Part shown: one piece after another, positions 8,960 through 18,612 of the stretch
Layout of the letters: every line of letters starts with the position of its first letter
How positions within the stretch are numbered: position 1 is the first letter of the stretch
NCBI GenBank assembly: GCA_963793115.1
Contig: CAWBYV010000020.1
Location: 70,124 to 134,123 of the forward strand
Source: an uncultured delta proteobacterium
GTDB lineage: Bacteria > Desulfobacterota > Binatia > Binatales > Binataceae
DNA length: 64,000 nt
Direction: 5' to 3'
Notes under the pieces: model-generated
Seen by the model: the letters and a program-made list of their open reading frames with translations, nothing else
What the model was told of the DNA's origin: nothing
Database searches by the model: none
Position numbers and translations under genes: made by a program

Positions 8960-9802
8960 ATGCGAACCTACGCCGCGCAGCCGGCCACGCGCGCGCTGAC
9001 GCCGACCGGCGGTTTCCTCGACGGGTTCGCCTACTCGCTCAATCCGTACATCGGATGCGCCTTCGGCGCGGCGCGGGGATGCCCGTTCTGCTACGTCCGG
9101 GCGCTGCCGATCGCGCGGGCGTCCGAAGACCCATGGGGAAGCTGGGTAATCGCGAAGACCAACCTGGTGGGCTTGCTGGAGAAGGAACTGGCTGCGCTCG
9201 AGCGCAATGGCAAACTCGGCGGTGCCGCGATCTTCATGTCGAGCGCGACCGATCCTTACCAGGGAATCGAGCGGCGGCTGCGGCTTTCGCGCGGCGCGCT
9301 GGAAACCTTCATCCGCTTCCGCCCGCGCCGAATCCTGCTCCAGACTCGCAGCCCGCTGGTCGAGCGCGATATCGACATCGTCGCGCGGCTCGGCTCGCAC
9401 GCGATCGTGTCGATAACCGTCGAGACCGACGACGAGACCGTGCGCCGCGCGCTGACGCCGACTTCACCGTCGATCGCGCGGCGTCTCAGGACCGCGCGCC
9501 GGCTGCGCGAAGCGGGAATTTTCGTCCAGCTCGCGATCGCTCCGATGATGCCGAACAATCCCGAGCGCCTCGCCGCGATCGCCGGCGAAGCCGCCGATCG
9601 CGTAGTCGTCGATACCTACTTCGACGGTGACGGCTCGGGCGGTCGCCGCTCGCGAGCGCTTGGGATGGGCGATCTGTACGAACGGCTCGGCTATGCGCGA
9701 TGGTTCCGTCCCGGCGCCGAGGCCGAGCTGATGTCCGCGCTGCGTTCGCGATTGGGCAACGATCGCGTGCTCTTCAGCCGCGAGGGTTTCTGCTCGGTGT
9801 GA
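8960..9802 (+). CDS. radical SAM protein, SplB / DNA-repair-photolyase-like (COG1533-type)
   Basis: 280-aa ORF with an N-terminal Cys cluster (PYIGCAFGAARGCPFCY) and overall layout typical of the SPL-lyase-like radical SAM group. The assignment is family-level only. Confidence 0.6.
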   Translation: MRTYAAQPATRALTPTGGFLDGFAYSLNPYIGCAFGAARGCPFCYVRALPIARASEDPWGSWVIAKTNLVGLLEKELAALERNGKLGGAAIFMSSATDPYQGIERRLRLSRGALETFIRFRPRRILLQTRSPLVERDIDIVARLGSHAIVSITVETDDETVRRALTPTSPSIARRLRTARRLREAGIFVQLAIAPMMPNNPERLAAIAGEAADRVVVDTYFDGDGSGGRRSRALGMGDLYERLGYARWFRPGAEAELMSALRSRLGNDRVLFSREGFCSV

Positions 9803-9852
9803 GACGGTCGGCCACGCAAGGAAATTTATCCACCATCGCAGTCGAGCCGTGC

Positions 9853-10257
9853 CTACCCGCCTATCATGTCCAGGAGAGCTCTCGGGCTTAAGATTCGCAC
9901 GCCTTGGAAGCAACCAAGATCTCGGGGATGAGAATCCCCGCTGACGACAACGGCAGCCTTCGCGGCAAGCGCGCACTCCAGGACGCGATTGTCCGGCTCG
10001 TCCCTCTTAACCACCGCAATTCGTTCTCGCGCTTCGACAGCCCTGGCGAACCCTCCTATGACGGTGAGGGCTTCGCGAACGCGAGTCGGTGGCCATTTGA
10101 ATTTCCTCCTCAGCACGCCCTCGATTTCGTCGAGGATCGGCTTGGAGATAAACAAGTCCACCCTCCCTCTTCGCGCCAGCGCGAGAAACTGATCAGGTAC
10201 CCCGCCGAAGTTGAGAGCGGAGATGTAGATATTCGTATCCGCGACGACCCGGAGCAT
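9853..10257 (-). CDS. PIN-domain toxin of a type II toxin-antitoxin system
   Basis: 134-aa ORF with the N-terminal VVADTNIYISAL motif (first acidic PIN residue), then ILDEIEGVL and DNRVLECA ... VVSGDSH blocks. It directly abuts the upstream small ORF. Confidence 0.8.
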   Translation of the reverse strand: MLRVVADTNIYISALNFGGVPDQFLALARRGRVDLFISKPILDEIEGVLRRKFKWPPTRVREALTVIGGFARAVEARERIAVVKRDEPDNRVLECALAAKAAVVVSGDSHPRDLGCFQGVRILSPRALLDMIGG

Positions 10258-10452
10258 TCAGCGTTCCGCCCGATACTCCGCCACGAGGCGCTCGACATCC
10301 GATTTCTCGATTCCGAGCTTTCGGGCCCGCGAGCGACCGAACTCCTGAAGCTCCCGCCAGCGGTCATCGAGCGCTTCGCGTGACAGCTTCGGTGGAAGCG
10401 GGGGCGGTGTAACCTTGGTTGTCCGCACGGTGCTTGCCATTAAAGCACGCAT
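10258..10452 (-). CDS. putative antitoxin partner of the PIN toxin
   Basis: 64-aa ORF whose stop codon is immediately adjacent to the PIN start codon (10258/10257). Charged helical C-terminus. Family not recognised. Confidence 0.5.
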   Translation of the reverse strand: MRALMASTVRTTKVTPPPLPPKLSREALDDRWRELQEFGRSRARKLGIEKSDVERLVAEYRAER

Positions 10453-10501
10453 AGTGCAGCAAGGGCAGGGTGCCTCGCCGTGATGACGGACTCTGTAGGT
10501 G

Positions 10502-10586
10502 CCCTCACCCGCACCGCGCGGAAAGACTCAAAGGAATTGGCATCGATCGCGCGGCTTGCCCTCTCCCGCGGCAACGCGGGAGAGGG
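10502..10586. repeat. REP-like palindromic element (CCCTCACCCG head + CCCTCTCCCGCG/CGCGGGAGAGGG hairpin)
   Basis: 12-bp perfect stem at 10559-10570 / 10575-10586 with loop GCAA. The upstream CCCTCACCCGCACCGCGCGG head is shared with the copies at 11868, 29462 and 60596. Confidence 0.7.
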
Positions 10587-10757
10587 ACAGGGAAGGCGTC
10601 GCCGCGGACGCTAAAGGGAGACCTGAGGCGGCGCTGCATTAGCGATTGGGGAACGATCGCGTGCTCTCAGCCGCGAAGGGTTCTGCGCCGTGTGAAGGTG
10701 GCCGGCGGGACGCCGGCCCTACTTCGGACAAATGGCTTCGTGTAGGTCCTTGCGCCG

Positions 10758-11744
10758 TCACTTGCCGACGTGCGGAATCACCTCTTTGGCGAGCCGCTCG
10801 ATTGTCTTCAGGTCCAGTTCGCCCGCGAAGATGAACTGCGAGACTCCCCATTCCCGCACGCGACGGCCCAGCTCCCTGGCGCATTGCTCGGGCGTGCCGA
10901 TCAGGGCCATCGGTGAACTCAGCATCTGCTCGGCCTTCAGGCCCATCCCTTGCGCGACCATCCCGGCCATCGACTCGGTCTCTTTTGCCGAACCGGTGAG
11001 CATCACGATCGCGACCATCGTGCTGATCTGGATCGCTTCCGGTTTGCGTCCGTTCCTGGCCGCCTCGCCGCGAACAAACTTGATCTTCTCCTGGAAGGCC
11101 GCGCCGGTCGTCTTGGCGACGTTTTCCATTGAAATGTGTCCGACGCTTCCAACCTCGGGGATGATATTTATCGTCGCTGCGTGCTTGCCGGCGATCCGCA
11201 GCAGTCCGCGCCCGCCGCCGCCGACCAGAATCGGGGGATGCGGTTTCTGCACGGGCTTCGGCCACAGGATCGCATCCTTCAATTTGTAGAATTCTCCGTC
11301 AAAGGTCGTTTGCTCCTGCGTCCACAGCGAGCGGATAACGGTCAGCGCCTCGTCGAGCCTCCTGAGCCGCGCCGCGATCGGCGGGAACGGGATGCCGGTC
11401 ATCTTGAATTCGGTCTCGGTCCATCCGGAGCCGAGTCCGGCAATCAGACGCCCGCCGCTCAAGTGGTCCAGCGTAACTAGGCTCTGCGCCGTCATCACGG
11501 GATGGCGGAAGAGGTTGCACAGCACCAGGTGACCGGCGCGAATTTTCTTGGTCGCCTCGAAGACCAGCGCCAGCGCGATCATCTGGTCCCATGACAGCGT
11601 ATGGGGATCGTAAGCGCCGCCCATCTGTTCGTAGACGATATGATCCGGCAGCAGGAGCGCGTCGTAGCCGAGCTGATCGGCGGCCTGCGCGAGGTCGCGC
11701 AATTCCTTGAAGTCTTTGCCGTTGATCTGTATTCCGAACTCCAT
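10758..11744 (-). CDS. LLM-class (luciferase-like) flavin/F420-dependent oxidoreductase
   Basis: The ORF is open to 11873, but the conserved N-terminus starts at MEFGIQINGK (ATG complement at 11742-11744). Typical LLM blocks present: LLLPDHIVY, GRLIAGLGSGWTETEF, PHPPILVGGGG. Confidence 0.8.
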   Translation of the reverse strand: MEFGIQINGKDFKELRDLAQAADQLGYDALLLPDHIVYEQMGGAYDPHTLSWDQMIALALVFEATKKIRAGHLVLCNLFRHPVMTAQSLVTLDHLSGGRLIAGLGSGWTETEFKMTGIPFPPIAARLRRLDEALTVIRSLWTQEQTTFDGEFYKLKDAILWPKPVQKPHPPILVGGGGRGLLRIAGKHAATINIIPEVGSVGHISMENVAKTTGAAFQEKIKFVRGEAARNGRKPEAIQISTMVAIVMLTGSAKETESMAGMVAQGMGLKAEQMLSSPMALIGTPEQCARELGRRVREWGVSQFIFAGELDLKTIERLAKEVIPHVGK

Positions 11745-11867
11745 AAGCTTCTCCAATTCCGCGCGTTTGGGCGCGGCGCAATAGTTGTGCGGGAATGCAG
11801 AGATACCTATGCCGATCCGGCTCGGGCCGGTCAACAAAAGCGGGCGAGGGCCTGAACGCCTCGCCCG

Positions 11868-11918
11868 CCTCACCCGCGTCGCTCCGCGTCCTCTCCCGCA
11901 ACAGAGGGGAGAGGTGAG
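11868..11918. repeat. REP-like palindromic element copy
   Basis: CCTCACCCGCGTCGCTCCGCGTCCTCTCCC-gcaacaga-GGGGAGAGGTGAG. It has the same head and CCTCTCCC/GGGAGAGG core as the other copies. Confidence 0.65.
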
Positions 11919-11943
11919 CTGAGCGATCGCGCTGCCGCAGGAC

Positions 11944-12183
11944 TCAGGTTGCGTCGTGCAGCAGGTGGACTGCGCCGACCAGCGCCACGGCCCCGACGGT
12001 ACACATCGCGATTGCGCCGATCAGGCCGAACACCATGATGCCGAGCGCCCTGAAAATCCATCCGCCGATCACGCCGCCGACCAGGCCGAGCACGAGATCC
12101 ATGAAAATACCATAACCGCGTCCATGCATGATCTGCCCGGTGAGCCATCCCGCTATAATTCCGACGATCAGCCAACTCAACAT
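11944..12183 (-). CDS. GlsB/YeaQ/YmgE family (transglycosylase-associated) stress membrane protein
   Basis: 79-aa protein MLSWLIVGIIAGWLTGQIMHGRGYGIFMDLVLGLVGGVIGGWIF... forms the C-terminal end of a long spurious ORF (11944..12867). ATG complement at 12181-12183. Confidence 0.8.
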   Translation of the reverse strand: MLSWLIVGIIAGWLTGQIMHGRGYGIFMDLVLGLVGGVIGGWIFRALGIMVFGLIGAIAMCTVGAVALVGAVHLLHDAT

Positions 12184-12315
12184 TGGTTCCCTCCTGTGCC
12201 TTGTTGCCGGAGCAAGAAGCAGACCGGTCACACGATCCCCGTGGCGATTAAGCATACTCCGGCGGCTTGAGAATCGGGACGGAAGTCTCCATTGTTTTAT
12301 CCAGCGTTCCCCGCC

Positions 12316-14218
12316 ATGGCCAAGCGCATAATCCACATCCTGCCGGAACAGGTCGCCAGCCAGATTGCGGCGGGCGAAGTGGTCGAGCGGCCCGCTTCGG
12401 CCGTCAAGGAGCTGGTGGAGAATTCGCTCGACGCGGGCGCGAAATCGATCAGCGTCGAGATTGCCAAAGGCGGATGCGACCTGCTCAGCGTCGCGGACGA
12501 CGGATGCGGGATGGGCGCGGAGGACGCGATCCTCTCGATCCGCCGCCACGCGACCTCGAAAATCCGCGACGCTTCCGACCTGACTGCGATCCGCACGCTC
12601 GGTTTTCGCGGCGAAGCGCTGGCCTCGATCGCGAGTGTCGCGCGGCTTTCGATGGGCACGCGCCGGGCTGGTGATCCAGATGGAGCCGAGCTGACGATCG
12701 TCGGCGGCGAGATCGAAACAGAACCGCATCTGTGCGATGGCGCCGGGGACGCGAATCGAGGTGCGCGACCTGTTCTTCAACACCCCCGCGCGGCTCAAAT
12801 TCCTCAAAACCGTGGCGACCGAGCAGGGCGCGATCGCGGAGGCGATGCAGCGCCTCGCGCTCGCCAATCACGGCGTCGCTTTCTCATTGTCGGCCGACGG
12901 GCGCGTGCTTTTCGATCTGCCGCGTGCCAGTTCTCTGATCGAGCGGATACGCCAGCTTTTCGGCGCCAAGCTGGCGGCCCGGATGGTGCCCTTCGAGAGC
13001 GTACGGCCTGAGATGCGCGTAAGTGGGTTTGCGTCGCTGAGCCAGGAGTCGTTCCCGACCTCGCGGATGTTGTTCACGTTCGTCAACCGGCGCTCGGTGC
13101 GGGATCGCGTTCTGATGCGCGCGACGGCGCAGGCCTACGAGACGCTGCTGCCGCGCGGACGCCATCCGGCGGTTGCCCTGTTCGTCGAGCTCAGGCCCGA
13201 CGACGTTGACGTGAACGTGCATCCGATGAAGACCGAAGTGCGCTTCAAGCGCGCCGGCGCGGTATTCGAGCTGGTCTTCCATGCGCTGCGCGATCGGCTC
13301 GCCGATCAGACGCTGGCGGGTGCCGGCGGCGCCGCGCAATCCGGTGTGCCCGCGCAGGCGGCGATCGTGCCGGAGTCGTCAGGTGTCGCGGCGTCCGCCG
13401 CGACGCCCGACGACTCCGCTGGCGCATCCGTCACGCCCGCCGGAGCTGCCACGACAGGCGCCTCGGGCGCAGGCGGGCGCGACGCATACGCGTCGCGCCC
13501 GCTGCGCCTGGTTCCCGACTCGCGATCGCCGGCGCGCGCCGAGCAGCGCGCGCTTGGCCTCGGCTACAGCGGCACGGGCGCGGCGGCCGTCCCGGCAGAG
13601 GCGCCCGTGCCGTTTGCTTCCGCCGCGCACGCGATTCCGCTTTATTCCCGCTTGCGGATCATCGGACAGATCTTCGCCGGGTACATCGCACTCGAAGGCG
13701 AAGACGGATTGATCCTGGTCGATCAGCATGCGGCGCACGAGCGGGTCACTTTCGAGAGACTTCGCGCGGAGCTTCGCTCGGGCAGCATCAGGACGCAACA
13801 GATGCTTGCGCCCGAAACGATCGAACTCGATCCAGCCCGCGCTGCGCAAGTTCAAGCCGCGCTTCCGGAGCTGCGCGCGCTCGGTTTCGAGCTCGAGCCG
13901 TTTGGGCCGACGACGATTGTGCTCAAGGGCACGCCGGCGGTTTTCGGCCCTGAGGGCGGTCCAAGACTGCTCTCTGATATGATTTCCAGCATGGGAGAGA
14001 GCGGATTCGGACTTCGCGGCGAAGCGGCGTTCGAGGATTTGCTCAAGCAACTCGCCTGTCACGGCTCGGTTCGCGTCGGCCGCTCGCTTCAGGAACATGA
14101 GATTGTGGAGCTGCTCGCCGATCTCGACCGAACCCGGTTCAAAACCAACTGCCCGCATGGACGCCCGGTCCATATCGAGTTTCGACGCGGACAAATCGAG
14201 CGCATGTTCCGCCGATGA
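12316..14218 (+). CDS. mutL: DNA mismatch repair protein MutL (one frameshift near 12733)
   Basis: N-terminal GHKL ATPase motifs ([42 protein letters not shown]) lie in ORF 12292..13011. The protein continues in ORF 12737..14218 ([21 protein letters not shown] ... C-terminal dimerisation domain with DQHAAHERV and CPHGRP). Confidence 0.9.
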
Positions 14219-14227
14219 ATACTGCGG

Positions 14228-15233
14228 ATGAATGTGTCGGCTGATACCGGCGCCAGCATCGCATCCGGCTCAGCTCGCGCAGGCGCGAAGATCCGCCTCG
14301 GGTTGATCGTCGGGCCGACCGGTACGGGCAAATCGGCGCTGGCGATCGAAGTAGCCGAGCGGCTGGGCGCCGAAATCGTCAACGCGGATTCGCGCCTGTT
14401 GTACCGCGGGATGGATATCGGGACGGCCAAGCCCTCTGCCGGGGAGCGCCGCCGCGTACCCCATCATCTTATAGACATTCTCGCGCCCGGCGAGCCGAGT
14501 GACGTTGCGGGCTTCCGCGAGCGGGCCCGCGCCGCTATCGCTCAAGTCGTCTCGCGCGACCGGCCGGTTATCGTCGCAGGCGGCAGCGGCCTGTACCTGC
14601 GAGTCTTGCGCGGGGGAATCTTCAGCGGCCCTCCGGCGTCGGTCGCGATTCGCGCCGAGCTGGCGGCACTCGCGGCCGAGCGCGGCGCGCCGCATCTGCA
14701 CGCGCAACTTCGCGCGGCCGATCCGGAAGCGGCGGCGCGAATCGCGGTCAACGATCTCTATCGAATCGTCCGCGCGCTGGAAGTGTTTCGGATGACCGGC
14801 ACGCCGATAACGACCCATCAGCGCCGCCACGGCTTCGATTCCGCCGAATATGACACGCTGACCATCGGGCTCAGCCTGCCGCGCGATCGTTTGTACGATG
14901 CGATCGATCGGCGCTTCGACCTGATGGTCGCCGCCGGTCTGGTTGACGAGGTTCGCCGGCTGCATCGCAGCGGGCTGTGGGATCGATACGCCGCCGATGC
15001 GCGCGATCGGCTATCGGCAGATCGCGGCGTACCTTCGCGGCGAGACGACGCTCGAGGCCGCGATCGAAATCGCCAAACGCGACACGCGCCGGCTCGCCAA
15101 GCGCCAGCTCACCTGGTTTCGCCGCGACCCTGAAATTGCATGGGTTGATGCGGTGACGGGCAGGGAACAAGCTCTGACCTTGCTGAGGGGGTTCCTCGCG
15201 CCATCCGCGGCCGGCGGCCAATGCCAGAGCTGA
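14228..15233 (+). CDS. miaA: tRNA dimethylallyltransferase MiaA (one frameshift near 14978)
   Basis: P-loop [11 protein letters not shown], then [18 protein letters not shown] and HHLIDI, lie in ORF 14228..15133. The C-terminal [16 protein letters not shown] ... AKRQLTWFR lies in ORF 14943..15233. Confidence 0.88.
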
Positions 15234-16232
15234 TGCCAATGCCAATGCCAACGCCGATGAATCACGACGCAATGGGGCCCGTGCCTGCCGCTGGCGCTGG
15301 CCTCGAGGAGCGAATCGAGGCGTTCGATCGCGGGATAGCGGCGGCCACCAGTCCGCGCGAGCGCGCCCGGCTGGTTGCCGAGCGCAAGCAGGCGGCGCGC
15401 GACTTCGAGGCCGATCTCAGTCCGATCGAACGCGTGCGGCTCGCGCGCCATCAGATGCGCCCGCAAACGCTCGACTACGTCGGATTTCTGATCGGCGAGT
15501 TCTTCGAGCTTCACGGCGATCGCAGGTACGCCGACGACGGCGCGATCGTTGCGGGGCTGGGCTACTTCGGCAAGCATCCGGTGGTCGTCGTCGGCCATCA
15601 GCGCGGCCGTTCGACTCGCGAGCGGATCGAGCGCAATTTCGGCAAGCCGCATCCCGAGGGTTATCGCAAGGCGGTCAGAGTCTACGACCTCGCCAATCGC
15701 TTCGGCCTTCCGCTGATCACTTTTATCGACACGCAGGGCGCCGAGCCCGGACTCGGGGCCGAGGAGCGCGGTCAGGCCGAGGCGATCGCGGTCAGCCTTG
15801 AAGCGATGGCGCGCCTGGAGGTTCCCGCGATCGCGTGCGTGATCGGCGAGGGCGGCTCGGGCGGCGCGCTCGCGCTGGGGGTCGCCAACGCCGTCCTGAT
15901 GCAACAGTACGCGTGCTATTCGGTGATCACGCCCGAGGGATGCGCCGCGATCCTGTGGCGCGAGGCGGGACCTGAAAAAGTCGCGGTCGCGGCGGCGGCG
16001 CTCAGGCTTTCCGCGCCTGACCTGCTGAAACTTAAAGTAATAGATGAGATCATTGCGGAACCGCCCGGCGGGGCTCATCACGCGCCCGCCGAGGCCGCCC
16101 GCGCGCTGGGCGCCGCGATCGCGCGCCATGCTCAAGCCGCTGCTCGGGCTGGCGCCGGCCGAGCTTCGCCGCGCGCGCGAGCGCAGGCTCGCCGCTATCG
16201 GCAGCGCATTCATCACGAGCGTAAAGCCATGA
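15221..16232 (+). CDS. accA: acetyl-CoA carboxylase carboxyltransferase subunit alpha (probable frameshift near 16122)
   Basis: Conserved blocks [62 protein letters not shown]. The C-terminal [27 protein letters not shown] is found in the frame of ORF 16044..16232. The unshifted frame would instead end at 16243 with a low-complexity Ala/Arg tail. Confidence 0.85.
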
Positions 16233-16319
16233 TGGCGCCTTGAAGCGCCCGCGGCGCGTTGAAAAGCCGCATCCGATCGGATAGCCATTTCACCGATTCA
16301 TCTCAATGCGTTCACGGCC

Positions 16320-17472
16320 ATGCGTTCAAGACCAGCTTCAAAACAAACTTCAAGGCAAGCTTCAAAACTGGCCAGGAAAACCGGTTCCACACCGGCCACT
16401 GTCGCCGAGTTGCGCGCGCAGATCGACGCGATCAATCTCGACTTGATCCGCCTGCTGAATGACCGCGCCCGCCTTTGCGTCGAGGTCGGCCGCCTCAAGC
16501 ATTCCGACGGCACGCCGATTTATCAACCCGGCCGCGTCCGCGCAGGTGATCGACCGGATGCTCGCGCAGAACACAGGACCGCTCGCCGGTGAGCAGATCC
16601 GCGCAATTTTCACCGAGATCATCTCGGCCTGCACCGCGCTCGAACAGGATTTGCGGGTCGCCTTTCTCGGCCCCGAGCACACCTACTCGCATCAAGCGGC
16701 GAAACGCCAGTTCGGATCGAGCGCGGTGTTCGTTCCTGAAGCGTCGTTCGCGGAGGTTTTCCAGGCGCTGGAGAACGGCCGCGCCGACCTCGGCGTGGTG
16801 CCGGTGGAGAACTCGACTGAGGGCACCGTGACGCTGACCCTCGATCTTCTGATCGACACGCCGCTGGCGATCGTCGGCGAGATCCTGCTGCCGATCCGGC
16901 ACGCGCTGCTCTCGCGCGCCAGCGACCGCAGCGCGATTCGCAGGATCGTTTCCCATCAGCAGTCGCTGGCGCAGTGCCGCGGTTATATCGCAGCCAATTA
17001 TCCCGGCTGCGAGCTGGAGGCGGTCGCCTCCAACGCGCTCGCCGCGAAGCGCGCCGCCGAGGATCCGTCGTGGGCCGCGATCGCGTCGGTCGACGCCGCC
17101 GCGGCCTACGGACTCAAGGTGATCGCGGAGAATATCCAGGACCTGGCGCACAACACCACGCGCTTCGTGGTGATCGGCAAGCATCCGGTGGGCCGCAGCG
17201 GCGCCGACAAGACTTCGGCCGTGTTCGCGGTCCGGCACAAGGTCGGCGCGCTGCACGAGGTGCTGGGGCTGTTCGCCAGCAACGCGGTCAATGTCTCGAA
17301 GATCGAATCGCGCCCGATGCGCTCGCGACCGTGGGAATATCTCTTTTTCGTCGACCTGGCGGGCCATCGCGAGGACCCCAAACTGAAGCGCGCGCTGGCG
17401 GCGCTGGAACGCAAGACGCTTTTTCTAAAGGTGCTGGGATCGTATCCTGAAGCGAGGCCGCTGGCCGAATAG
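16320..17472 (+). CDS. pheA: bifunctional chorismate mutase / prephenate dehydratase (P-protein), one frameshift near 16530
   Basis: The chorismate mutase helix ELRAQIDAINLDLIRLLNDRARL is in ORF 16320..16592. The remainder is in ORF 16459..17472: RVAFLGPEHTYSHQAA, VPVENSTEGTV, TRFVVIG, and ACT domain ESRP ... WEYLFFVD. The start codon is uncertain. Confidence 0.88.
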
Positions 17473-17483
17473 CCGCCCCGCCT

Positions 17484-18608
17484 TTGTCATCGCCAATGAA
17501 GCCCGAGGATCTCGTTCTGCCGTCAGTGGCGGCGATCAACCCGTATGAGCCGGGCAAGCCGATCGAGGAAGTTCAGCGCGAGCTCGGTATCGGCGAGCCG
17601 GTCAAGCTGGCGTCCAACGAGAATCCGCTCGGGCCGTCGCCGCGCGCGCTCGAAGCGATCCGGGCGGCATTAGCCGAGCTGAATCGCTATCCCGACGGCG
17701 CGAGCTTCGAGCTCCGGCACAAAATCGCCGCGCAGATCGGCGTTACGCCCGAACAGATTTTTCCCGGCTGCGGCGGCGCCGAGATCCTCAATTTGATCGC
17801 GTTCCTTTTTTTGAGGCCGGGCCTCAACGCGGTGATCGCCGCCCATTCGTTCGTGATCTACCAGCTTGCGATCGCGGGGACCGGCGCCTCGGCCAAGGTT
17901 GTGCCGCAGCGCCCCAATTTGACCTTCGACCTGGACGCGATGGCGGCCGCGATCGACGATCAAACGCGGGTCGTTTTTCTGGGCAACCCGAACAATCCGA
18001 CCGGAACTATCTACCGGCGCCCCGAATGGCAGCGGTTTCTGAAGCGGGTTCCGCCGCAGGTCGTGATCGTCGCCGACGAGGCCTACTTCGAGTTCGTTCG
18101 CGACCGGGATTATCCGAACTCGCTCGAAGACCACGATGGGGCTCGATTCCTGATCACGATGCGGACCTTCTCCAAGATTTTCGGGCTGGCGGGCTTGCGC
18201 GTGGGTTACGTGGTCGCCCGGCCCGATATCGTCAGGCTGCTGAACAACGTGCGCCAGCCGTTCAACGTCAACTCGCTCGCGCAGGCGGCGGTGATCGCTG
18301 CGATGGACGACGCGGAGCACGTCCGCCGCACGCTCGACAACAACCGCGCCGGTATCGAGTACCTGGAACGCGAGCTCACGCGGCTCCAACTCGAATTTGT
18401 TCCGAGTCAGGCGAATTTCATCCTGGTCAACGTTGCCGCCGGGCGCGCGGTCTACGACGCCCTGTTGCGCAAGGGCGTGATCGTGCGCCCGATGAACGGC
18501 TACGACTTGCCGCGCCACGTGAGGATCAGCGTCGGGCTGGAAGACGAGAATCGAAAGCTGGTCGCCGCCCTCGCAGACGTGATGGCGATGGCGAAGGTGC
18601 GGTCCTGA
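17484..18608 (+). CDS. hisC: histidinol-phosphate / aromatic aminotransferase
   Basis: 374-aa intact ORF with INPYEPGKP, KLASNENPLGPSP, NPNNPTG and TFSKIFGLAGLRVGY (PLP lysine). An alternative ATG start lies at 17496. Confidence 0.9.
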   Translation: MSSPMKPEDLVLPSVAAINPYEPGKPIEEVQRELGIGEPVKLASNENPLGPSPRALEAIRAALAELNRYPDGASFELRHKIAAQIGVTPEQIFPGCGGAEILNLIAFLFLRPGLNAVIAAHSFVIYQLAIAGTGASAKVVPQRPNLTFDLDAMAAAIDDQTRVVFLGNPNNPTGTIYRRPEWQRFLKRVPPQVVIVADEAYFEFVRDRDYPNSLEDHDGARFLITMRTFSKIFGLAGLRVGYVVARPDIVRLLNNVRQPFNVNSLAQAAVIAAMDDAEHVRRTLDNNRAGIEYLERELTRLQLEFVPSQANFILVNVAAGRAVYDALLRKGVIVRPMNGYDLPRHVRISVGLEDENRKLVAALADVMAMAKVRS

Positions 18609-18612
18609 CGCG

